A DNA stretch of 64,000 nt. It comes from Thermoplasmatota archaeon. GTDB lineage: Archaea > Thermoplasmatota > E2 > JACPAO01 > JAHFTW01. The translations under genes were made by a program, and so were the position numbers. Each line of letters opens with the position of its first letter. Within the stretch, counting starts at the first letter, position 1. The notes under the pieces were generated by a model. The model searched no databases and had not been told where the DNA came from. It was given only the letters and a program-made list of their open reading frames with translations. Shown here one piece after another: positions 44,667 to 52,438 of this stretch. The stretch is from NCBI GenBank assembly GCA_041601615.1, contig JBFIHX010000005.1, positions 32,001 to 96,000 of the forward strand, given 5' to 3'.

Positions 44667-45188
44667 ATGGACGCCATCTTACAAGCGATTGACGAAGCCC
44701 TGGCATCAAAAAATTGGCATGCCGCGCTCTTCATGTCCCTTTCCGCCCCAGATGTTTGCGCTTCGCTATGCTCCGAAACCGGCAAGAGCAACCGAACCAT
44801 GTATGCCGACTGGTTCAACGAATACGTCGGCAAACGCTACAAGAGGCAGGCTTCGGCGTTTATGGAAGAACACACGTTTCTCTCTGGCAACGACTGCTAC
44901 GCGCTTCGGTGTACTGCATTGCATCGAGGGGACGTAGATATCAGCGATGAACGCTGTCGTGAAGCGCTTGACTCGTTCCACTTCACAACGACTGGATCGC
45001 ACTGCAACCAAGTCGAGGGGGTACTCCAACTCGATGTTCGGACGTTTTGCCAGGACATTTGTGCAGGCGTCCGCGAATGGGAGTCGCGATGGATTTGCAA
45101 CGATTCCCAGCATGAGTCGAAGAAGGCGCAGCTGCTTACGATCCACACTGGACCCAGCACCGTCGGCGGAATGGTGCGTTTTGGCTAG
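44667..45188 (+). CDS. Cassette hypothetical protein, HEPN-like
   Basis: Helical protein with an RxxxxH motif (YALRCTALH); stop abuts the attC site. Confidence 0.7.
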   Translation: MDAILQAIDEALASKNWHAALFMSLSAPDVCASLCSETGKSNRTMYADWFNEYVGKRYKRQASAFMEEHTFLSGNDCYALRCTALHRGDVDISDERCREALDSFHFTTTGSHCNQVEGVLQLDVRTFCQDICAGVREWESRWICNDSQHESKKAQLLTIHTGPSTVGGMVRFG

Positions 45189-45190
45189 CG

Positions 45191-45254
45191 GCCTAAGAGG
45201 TCACTCAACCCGACCTCTCCCTTCGATCGTGGCGGCTTACCTCAACCGTTAGGC
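45191..45254 (+). other. attC-like recombination site 3
   Basis: GCCTAAG-AGGTCACTCAACCCGAC...CGGCTTACCTCAACC-GTTAGGC. Confidence 0.8.
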
Positions 45255-45279
45255 AGTGGTGGAGTTGCGCTCCCCGCCG

Positions 45280-45636
45280 TTACGAAATGTATGAAATTAC
45301 GAGCTTGCGAGCCCGTTGTCGGATGTCTCGGTGCACCTTGCCTTGCTTCTTCGTAATCCAGTGGTGCTTCATGGTCACGACGGTTTCGGTGTCGATGTGC
45401 GACTTCTTCCTCATTGACCCTTGATCCCAATGCGTGGGCTTGACCTCGACGAATGCCGCACCCGTTCCGGACCCACTTGTCATGGCACAGCAAAGATACT
45501 GTTCACCGTGCCCCGGGTATGCGTCATTGCTCAAGATGAGCCACGGTCGTTGGCCGCCAGTCACGAGTTCAGGATCGTCGTCATGGTACGCGTCAGGGCC
45601 CCAAACGACGTCCCCCACGGAATACGGCGCAGACAT
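45280..45636 (-). CDS. PemK/MazF-family endoribonuclease toxin
   Basis: GDVVW..D, RPWLILSND, CAMTS. Confidence 0.88.
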   Translation of the reverse strand: MSAPYSVGDVVWGPDAYHDDDPELVTGGQRPWLILSNDAYPGHGEQYLCCAMTSGSGTGAAFVEVKPTHWDQGSMRKKSHIDTETVVTMKHHWITKKQGKVHRDIRQRARKLVISYIS

Positions 45637-45960
45637 CTAGAACCAATCGTCCGGGTTTTCAGGGCCAAGGCGCTTGTTTAGGTCCAGTGTCGTTGCATGA
45701 ATCATGGCTAGTTTTGCACCTTCCAGCTCGGCAGGTTGGAACCAGTAGACCCCCTGCTTGTCCAAGAGCCCGCGTTGCAGCAGTCGGCGAAGAACCGCTC
45801 CGAGAGTGTGGATTTCAATTCCGAGTGCATCCGCGATTTCAACGGAGCGCCAAGCTTCACCGGGTGTTGCGCGAATGAAGCTCATCACGCGCGTGGGATT
45901 TGAGTCGCCTGTGTCGCTGGCACGAGCGCCTTTGAGGAGGGTTGCTACCGCCATGGACAT
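45637..45960 (-). CDS. Winged-HTH putative antitoxin
   Basis: EIADALGI...LGAVLRRL..RGLL..YW; directly upstream of the toxin. Confidence 0.78.
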   Translation of the reverse strand: MSMAVATLLKGARASDTGDSNPTRVMSFIRATPGEAWRSVEIADALGIEIHTLGAVLRRLLQRGLLDKQGVYWFQPAELEGAKLAMIHATTLDLNKRLGPENPDDWF

Positions 45961-46076
45961 ACTGACTCATATGTTAGTCATCTAGGATAAGCCTGCCGCG
46001 GGGTGCGACGAAACTACCCCCATCCTACAAATCGCTCAAGCCGACCACACGCTGCGCATATGGCGGCCTTTCTCAG

Positions 46077-46223
46077 TACTTCGACGCCCTCGCCCTCGGC
46101 CGCAACAAGGCCGACGTGAGTCGCGACGTTTCTCTGCTGGAACGCCTCGGGCTCGTGAAGACCACTCGCCGCGGCAACCAAAAATCAATCCAAGCCGCCG
46201 TCCACGCCATCGAAATTGTCTGA
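46077..46223 (+). pseudogene. Startless HTH regulator/antitoxin fragment
   Basis: ALGRNKADVSRDVSLLERLGLVKTTRRG...* with no start codon; abuts the decayed attC. Confidence 0.55.
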
Positions 46224-46269
46224 GCGTCATCCGACCATAACCCCTTCAACCCAGCCTGCCCTCGAACCA

Positions 46270-47922
46270 ATGATGCCGGCCATGGAGCAGTTGCCCCGCC
46301 GCTCCCGTCTTGCGCGCTTCAATGAGATTGTCAACATTCTCGTCGAAAACGACTTCTGGGGCTTGCTCCAGTCGCTCTTGAAGGGCCAGGACACGGCTCG
46401 CCCCGGCGATGACCCGGCGCCTCGCAAGCTGCGCATCATCTTCGAGCGCCTGGGGCCGACCTTCGTCAAGCTCGGGCAGCTTCTGGCGACCCGGCCGGAC
46501 CTGGTGCCACAGAGCTACGCGGAGGAATTCAAGCAACTGTACGACGGAACCAAACCGAGTCCGTTTGCCAAGATCCGCGAAGTGGTTCGGGACGAACTGG
46601 GCAAGGATCTGGAACAAGTGTTTTCGAGCTTTGATCCGGAAGCCCTCGCCAGCGCCAGCGTCGGACAAGTCCACAAGGCGGTGCTCCTGGACGGCACGCC
46701 CGTCGCGGTGAAAGTGCAGCACCCCGGCATCGAGACGAGGATGATTCTGGACTTCCAAATCCTGCGCGGCCTCGTGACCTTCATCGAGAAGACCTTTGCC
46801 GCCAGCCGCATTTGGCAACCGACGCAGCACCTTGAGGAGCTGCAACAGATGCTGGAGCGGGAGCTGGACTACCGCTACGAAATGAAGAACACGCTCCGCG
46901 TCGCACAGAATTTCGAAAATGACAACACCGTCCGCATCCCCCGCATGTTCCCGGACCACTCCTCCAAGCGCGTCTTGGTCATGGAGTTCATGGACGGCCA
47001 CAAATTTGCCAACGTCGAAGACCTAGACGGCAACGGCATCGACCGCAAGGCCGTGGCCCGCGTCATCACGCACGCCATGGCCAAGCAAATCTTCGTCCAC
47101 CGCGTATTCCACGCCGACCCCAGCCCCGGCAACATGATGGTACTCGCCTCCAACCAAGTCGCATTCTTGGACTTCGGCGCCGTGGGCGTCGTCACGGAAC
47201 GCCGCGCCAAGAACATCCTGCGGCTCATCACCGCCATCAGCAAAGGCGACACGGAAGCCAGCGGCGAGGCCGTCATCGACCTATGCGACCAGTACGGCGA
47301 GCACGATCCCAAACGGTTCCAAGTGGACACCGAGAAGCTTCTGGACTTCTTTGAGCGCGAAGAAGTAAGTGTGGCAGACCCCCGGCTCATGGAGATGATC
47401 ATGGGCCTTGCCAAGAAGCACAAAATGCTCCTGCCGCCCGACTTCATGCTCATCACCCGGGCCTTGTTCCAATTCGATGGCTTCTGCCGCGAACTCGACC
47501 CCGACTACGAACTCGTCACGGTCCTCGAACCACTCGTTGGCGAACTCGTTTGGAAGAACCTCACAAGTGCGCGCAAACAAAAAGAAATCATGGAGGAGAC
47601 CATCGGGGAGCTCCTGAAATTTGGGCGCCAACTGCCCCACACCCTCAACCAACTCGTGCGCCGCATCGATCGCAACGAAATACGCACAACCATCGACGTG
47701 GCAGGCCTCGAAGGCATCAAACAAAGCCAGGGTCGCTCCGCGCTCAAAATGAGCTTCACCATCGTCGTCGCCGCGCTCATCATTGGCCTCGGCATCGTCT
47801 ACACCGGCCCCGACCCCGACAGCCGCGTGCTGCAATTCTTGTTCGGCGCCAGTGGCATCGTCGTCCTATGGGCCTTCGTGCTCCTCATGTGGTCCGAGAT
47901 GATGAAAGGCAACCGAGAATAG
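46270..47922 (+). CDS. ubiB: ABC1/UbiB (AarF) atypical kinase
   Basis: LGPTFVKLGQ, ASASVGQVH, VAVKVQ, FHADP.PGN, LDFG; C-terminal TMs. Confidence 0.92.
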   Translation: MMPAMEQLPRRSRLARFNEIVNILVENDFWGLLQSLLKGQDTARPGDDPAPRKLRIIFERLGPTFVKLGQLLATRPDLVPQSYAEEFKQLYDGTKPSPFAKIREVVRDELGKDLEQVFSSFDPEALASASVGQVHKAVLLDGTPVAVKVQHPGIETRMILDFQILRGLVTFIEKTFAASRIWQPTQHLEELQQMLERELDYRYEMKNTLRVAQNFENDNTVRIPRMFPDHSSKRVLVMEFMDGHKFANVEDLDGNGIDRKAVARVITHAMAKQIFVHRVFHADPSPGNMMVLASNQVAFLDFGAVGVVTERRAKNILRLITAISKGDTEASGEAVIDLCDQYGEHDPKRFQVDTEKLLDFFEREEVSVADPRLMEMIMGLAKKHKMLLPPDFMLITRALFQFDGFCRELDPDYELVTVLEPLVGELVWKNLTSARKQKEIMEETIGELLKFGRQLPHTLNQLVRRIDRNEIRTTIDVAGLEGIKQSQGRSALKMSFTIVVAALIIGLGIVYTGPDPDSRVLQFLFGASGIVVLWAFVLLMWSEMMKGNRE

Positions 47923-47983
47923 GTCACAGCGTCAGCAAAACCAGAAGGGACCTTTTTTCTTCTCGTGCAATGAATCCTAGGGC

Positions 47984-48499
47984 ATGAGCAAGACCCTCCC
48001 AATCCTCGTCTTCGTGGCCGCCATCCTCGCCGCAATGACCGCGATCGTCGTCTCCGGCACCATCATCGCCATCGTTCCCCTCGTCGGCATCGCCGCAGCC
48101 GTCTTTCTGCTCATGCTGCGCCACCGCGCCGGATACGTCGCTGGCGGCCTCCTGCTCATTGCCTGCCTCGTCGCGCTCTCCATGAGCATCGGGGACGTCA
48201 ATTTCAAAGGCAACGGCGCCGACACCGACGTAGAAACCGGACAAGCCATGGCCATCGCCGCCTCCGTGTTTGCCAGTACCGCCCTCATGGGCATCGCCTG
48301 GACCCGCCTCGAACCCGTCTGGATGCCCTACATCTGGCTCGTCGTCAACCTCGTAGCCCTCGGCCTCACATTTGGCCTCGGCGGCGACTACGGCAACCCC
48401 GTCGACGGCGGCAACTACGCCACCGCCTTCTTCGTCGTCCTCGCAGCCGTCCCCGGCTTGATCATCGCCATCCGAGGCGAACCGGACCTCAGTGCCTAA
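47984..48499 (+). CDS. Hypothetical integral membrane protein
   Basis: Several hydrophobic helices, host-like codon use. Confidence 0.75.
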   Translation: MSKTLPILVFVAAILAAMTAIVVSGTIIAIVPLVGIAAAVFLLMLRHRAGYVAGGLLLIACLVALSMSIGDVNFKGNGADTDVETGQAMAIAASVFASTALMGIAWTRLEPVWMPYIWLVVNLVALGLTFGLGGDYGNPVDGGNYATAFFVVLAAVPGLIIAIRGEPDLSA

Positions 48500-48574
48500 C
48501 CACGCATTCCGCCCCCGCAAGACAGCCCGCATCTGGGAAAACACGGAACTAGGCAAAGCCGCCCTTCCACGCAC

Positions 48575-49078
48575 ATGCATCGAAAACGTGTCCTCGGCAT
48601 CAGCATCGCTGCGGCCGTCGCGGTTGCTGCAGGAGTCGCTTTTTTTGCCGTGCCCTTGTTTCTGCCCGAAAAAACCACACAACTGGACCAAGGCTTGCCA
48701 CCGGGCATGACCTACGGGGCAGCCACGGAGCATGCACGAGGCGGAACCCTGCGCGGCGAGGACGGCCACCGAGCAAGCGGGACGGTTCAACTCTTGGATG
48801 TGGATGGCGCCTGGTACCTACGCTTCGAAGACCTCGACATGACCGCCGGGCCCGACATCTACCTCTACCTCATCGAATCCGAAGGCAGCAGCCGCAACGA
48901 AATCGAGGCCGGCGTCCGCGTTCCCGTCGTCACCGAAGAAGACCGCAGCGCCCGCATCAACGAACGCGGCACCTTCAACGTCCAACTCCCCGACGACGTA
49001 GACCCGCAACAATACAACGGCATCAGTGTCTGGTGCGACCGCTTCGGCGTCCCCTTTGCCACCGCGCCTCTTGCCTAA
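48575..49078 (+). CDS. DM13-domain protein
   Basis: H.ASG.V, GPDIYLYL, VWCDRFGVPFA. Confidence 0.88.
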   Translation: MHRKRVLGISIAAAVAVAAGVAFFAVPLFLPEKTTQLDQGLPPGMTYGAATEHARGGTLRGEDGHRASGTVQLLDVDGAWYLRFEDLDMTAGPDIYLYLIESEGSSRNEIEAGVRVPVVTEEDRSARINERGTFNVQLPDDVDPQQYNGISVWCDRFGVPFATAPLA

Positions 49079-49134
49079 CCCCCTCCGTCTCCGGCCCCCG
49101 CGCCCTTTTCAAGCCCGCCCCAGTCGCGCCCGTG

Positions 49135-50484
49135 ATGACGCTGCGAACGCTCGGCTGCGGAGAAGTCCAACCCGCGCACTACGGCACCGAACAGACCTTC
49201 GCTGGCTGGGTCCACACCCTACGCGCCAAGGGCAACATCGCCTTTTTGGAACTGCGCGACCAAACCGGCACCGTCCAGTTCGTGCTCCTGAAGAAAATGC
49301 TCGCCGAGAGCGCCCCCGGCCTCTTTGAAACCCTCACCGACGCCAGCGCCGAGAGTGCCGTGAGCATTACCGGCCTCGTCAAAGAATCAGACAAAGCCAA
49401 AGCCGGCTTCGAAGTTCTGCCCACCGCCGGCACCGTCCTCAACAAAGCCCAGACCCCGCTTCCCATGGCACTTTGGGACGAAGAAATCCACACCGGCCTC
49501 GACACCCGCCTCGACAACCGGTTCCTGGACCTGCGCGGCCCCCGCAGCGCCGCCATCTTCCGCATCCGCAGCGAAGTGCTGCGCGCCGGCCGTGAATACT
49601 TCCAGAGTCAAGGCTTCACCGAGATCACCACCAGCAACATCATCGCCGCAAGCAGCGAAGGCGGCACGGACACCTACAAAGTGGACTGGTTTGGCAAGGA
49701 ATGCTTCCTTTCGCAGTCGCCGCAACTCTACAAGCAAATGATGATGGCCAGCGGCCTCGACCGCGTCTACGAGATCGCCCGCTACTTCCGCGCTGAAAAG
49801 CACAACACCGTGCGCCACCTCAACGAAAGCACCGCCTTCGACCTGGAACTCGCCTGGATTGAGTCGGAAGAAGACGTGATGAAGATCATCGAAGGCCTCC
49901 TGCACCACATCTGGAAGGCCGTCGTCGAAAACTGCCCCCAGCACCTTGAAGCCCTCGGCGCCGATGTCCCCGTTCCCGCCCTGCCCTTCATGCGCGTCGC
50001 CTACGAAGACGCCCTCGCCATCATCAACGTCCGCGCCGGCGACCGCCTCCACGCGCCGCTTGCATTCGGCGACGACATCGGCACCGAAGCCGAAAAAATC
50101 CTCGGCGAAGCGATGCGCGAAGACGGCCACGACTTCTACTTCATCACCAAGTGGCCCCTTGCCCCCAAACCGTTCTACGTCATGCCCGAGGACGGCACCC
50201 AAAACAGCCGACTCTCGCGCAGCTTCGACCTGGACTACCGAGGCGTGGAGCTCATCAGCGGCGCTCAACGCATCCACGACCCCGAGTTGTTGGAACAAGG
50301 GATTGTGCGCTGGGGCCTGGATCCCAAAGACTTCGGGGATTACCTGGAGTCGTTCAAGTACGGCATGCCGCCGCACGGTGGATGTGGGATCGGCATCGAG
50401 CGGATTCTGATGCAGATGCTGGGCCTCAGCAACATACGCGAAGCCATTCTCTTCCCCCGCGACTTAGACCGCGTGACGCCGTAG
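49135..50484 (+). CDS. aspS: Aspartyl-tRNA synthetase, archaeal type
   Basis: TRLDNRFLDLR, LSQSPQLYKQ, FRAE..T.RHLNE, SGAQRIH, GMPPHGG.GIG.ER. Confidence 0.96.
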   Translation: MTLRTLGCGEVQPAHYGTEQTFAGWVHTLRAKGNIAFLELRDQTGTVQFVLLKKMLAESAPGLFETLTDASAESAVSITGLVKESDKAKAGFEVLPTAGTVLNKAQTPLPMALWDEEIHTGLDTRLDNRFLDLRGPRSAAIFRIRSEVLRAGREYFQSQGFTEITTSNIIAASSEGGTDTYKVDWFGKECFLSQSPQLYKQMMMASGLDRVYEIARYFRAEKHNTVRHLNESTAFDLELAWIESEEDVMKIIEGLLHHIWKAVVENCPQHLEALGADVPVPALPFMRVAYEDALAIINVRAGDRLHAPLAFGDDIGTEAEKILGEAMREDGHDFYFITKWPLAPKPFYVMPEDGTQNSRLSRSFDLDYRGVELISGAQRIHDPELLEQGIVRWGLDPKDFGDYLESFKYGMPPHGGCGIGIERILMQMLGLSNIREAILFPRDLDRVTP

Positions 50485-50567
50485 GCGTTGCGCGGTTTGC
50501 GGGGAAGGAAGGCTGAGCGGTTGCTGAGGGCCGGGAGCGAGTCGGCGGCGAAGCCGACGGCTGGCGA

Positions 50568-50633
50568 CTCGGGTTGCCGAATATACGCGAGGCGATCCTG
50601 TTTCCGAGGGATTTGGATCGGGTTACGCCGTAG
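50568..50633 (+). repeat. Synonymously recoded ghost copy of the aspS last 21 codons plus stop
   Basis: Encodes LGLPNIREAILFPRDLDRVTP*; the gene ends LGLSNIREAILFPRDLDRVTP*. Confidence 0.95.
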
Positions 50634-50789
50634 GGTACGAGGTTTCACTTCCGCCAGCGAGGTCGGGTGGGCGTGGAAGGGTTACCTGTTCAGAGTTTCT
50701 AATCTGGATGCCGAATCTTAATCAGATTCGCCCTGCGATTGCTGCATGACCTTGCCCTTGAACCAGGTCCCGAACTGCTCGGTTCGTCG

Positions 50790-51281
50790 TTACCTAGGCA
50801 TAATTGCATCGAGGGCATCGCAGAGCCGTTTCCGGTCTGCGTGCGCTTCGCCTCCAAGCTCAGTGCCCTTGAGCGTGTTTTCTCGTGCCTTTTTTAGAGT
50901 ACCATCTCGCAGATTGTTGACGGCCTTCTCGAAAGCCTTCGTGTCAATGGTTTCTGCCTGAAGGTTCCCCTGAGCGTTGCGCAGCCGAGAATAAGCTGTC
51001 TCAATGAGGCTCATGTCCTGGTAAAATTCATTATTTTCATGATATCCACGTAGTGACAGGAAATGGGTAACTTCAACGGCTGCAGTCCTTGCATCCGCAA
51101 TGATGTCGCGAAGTCGCTGTTTTTGGGTCCGCCGACCTTCTAAATGGAAAGTGAGCCAGCCACCACCCAAGGCCAGGAAGGCACCTAAGACAACATTAAA
51201 TGGTTGAGAAGTAAGAAGTTCCCCAAGATTCACACCACTCCCATCATTTATAGATATATAGAATACTGCATCGCCCTTCAA
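50790..51281 (-). CDS. Low-GC hypothetical protein with N-terminal TM helix
   Basis: 163-aa ORF, AT-richer than flanks; start uncertain. Confidence 0.6.
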   Translation of the reverse strand: MKGDAVFYISINDGSGVNLGELLTSQPFNVVLGAFLALGGGWLTFHLEGRRTQKQRLRDIIADARTAAVEVTHFLSLRGYHENNEFYQDMSLIETAYSRLRNAQGNLQAETIDTKAFEKAVNNLRDGTLKKARENTLKGTELGGEAHADRKRLCDALDAIMPR

Positions 51282-52438
51282 TCAGAAGCCCTTAATTCCT
51301 GCTGCCCCGCGCTCAACTGATAGATGCTCCCCCCATGCCCCACCACATACAACCGCCCCTCCCCATCCACCCCAAAACTCGAAATCCTCGCCTCCACCCG
51401 CCCAATGACCCGCGTTTCCCCGCTCAAACGGTCATGACTCCAAATGGTCCCTGAACAGTAGTCGCCAAACACGTACGTCCCTCGCAAAACACCCGCATCG
51501 GTATGATTCCAGACGTGTCCGCCGGTCACGGAGCAGTGCCCGCCGTCGTGGTCGTACTCTGCGACCGGGGGAACGTGTCCGGGGGCGTCGCCGTCGCGGT
51601 ATTTTTGGCTGCCCTCGTAGGTGACCCAGCCGAAGTTGAAGCCGCTGGCGCCGGGGGGTGCGTAGTCGATCTCTTCGGCGTGGTCCTGGCCTACATCTCC
51701 AATCCAGAGGCCGCCGTCGGCGTCGAAGCTGAAGCGCCAGGGGTTGCGCAGGCCGTAGTGCAGTATCCGGGGGTCTCCACCGCCGTTGAGGAATGGATTG
51801 CCGGGAGCACCCGTGGCGGGGCCGGTGCCGGATACGTCGAGCCGCAGGATGCTTCCAAGGATGGTGTGGGTGTCCTGGCCGTTGCCATGGGGGTCGGCTG
51901 CGAGGCCGCCGTCGCCGAGGCCGAGGTAGAGGAAGTCGTCGGGGCCAAACAGCACCGCGCCGCCGTTGTGGTTCGGGTAGGGTTGGTTCTGGGTGAGGAG
52001 GATTTCTTCGCGGCTTGGGTCCGGGAGGCCGTTGGTGCCGGGGGCCATCCGACTGAGCACGGTATCGCCGTCTAGGGCCGAGTAGTGAACGTATGCGGTG
52101 CCGTCGTCTGCCACCGCGAGTCCCAGGAGTCCGCGCTCGCCGCCTCCTCGCACGCGGTCGGTGATGTCGAGCCAGATCGTCCGCTCGTCGCCGCTATCGA
52201 GTCGCCAAACCTTGCCGGCTTGTTCGACCACGAGGAGGCTGCCGTTGTGGTGCGTCACAAGCGTCGGGCTCGAAAATCCCTCGGCGACGGGCACAAGTTC
52301 CAGGGTGACGTTCTCGGCGGCGGCGTAGGCGGGCACGTCGTCTCGGAACCAGCCGGTAAACAGGGTCGCGTAGACCGCAAACAGCACCAGAACCAGCACT
52401 GCAGACCCTCCCGCAAGGTACCACTGCCAGCGCTTCAC
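51278..52438 (-). CDS. PQQ-dependent sugar dehydrogenase (GSDH beta-propeller)
   Basis: GERGLLG, NHNGG, GDGG, GLRNPWRFSFD, GDVGQ. Confidence 0.92.
   Translation of the reverse strand: MKRWQWYLAGGSAVLVLVLFAVYATLFTGWFRDDVPAYAAAENVTLELVPVAEGFSSPTLVTHHNGSLLVVEQAGKVWRLDSGDERTIWLDITDRVRGGGERGLLGLAVADDGTAYVHYSALDGDTVLSRMAPGTNGLPDPSREEILLTQNQPYPNHNGGAVLFGPDDFLYLGLGDGGLAADPHGNGQDTHTILGSILRLDVSGTGPATGAPGNPFLNGGGDPRILHYGLRNPWRFSFDADGGLWIGDVGQDHAEEIDYAPPGASGFNFGWVTYEGSQKYRDGDAPGHVPPVAEYDHDGGHCSVTGGHVWNHTDAGVLRGTYVFGDYCSGTIWSHDRLSGETRVIGRVEARISSFGVDGEGRLYVVGHGGSIYQLSAGQQELRASD

Larger units (their letters stand above)
44537..46085 (+). mobile_element. Second integrase-less integron cassette array, two cassettes
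   Basis: GTTAGTCCGC (44537) matches the reverse complement of GCGGCCTAAG (45188) at 8/10; attC at 45191-45254; decayed attC near 46022-46085. Confidence 0.72.

Noticed and set aside
50419-50633. Ghost 3' ends as diversity-generating retroelement TR/VR pairs
   Set aside because: Mismatches are not confined to adenines, are mostly synonymous, and no reverse transcriptase is in the window.
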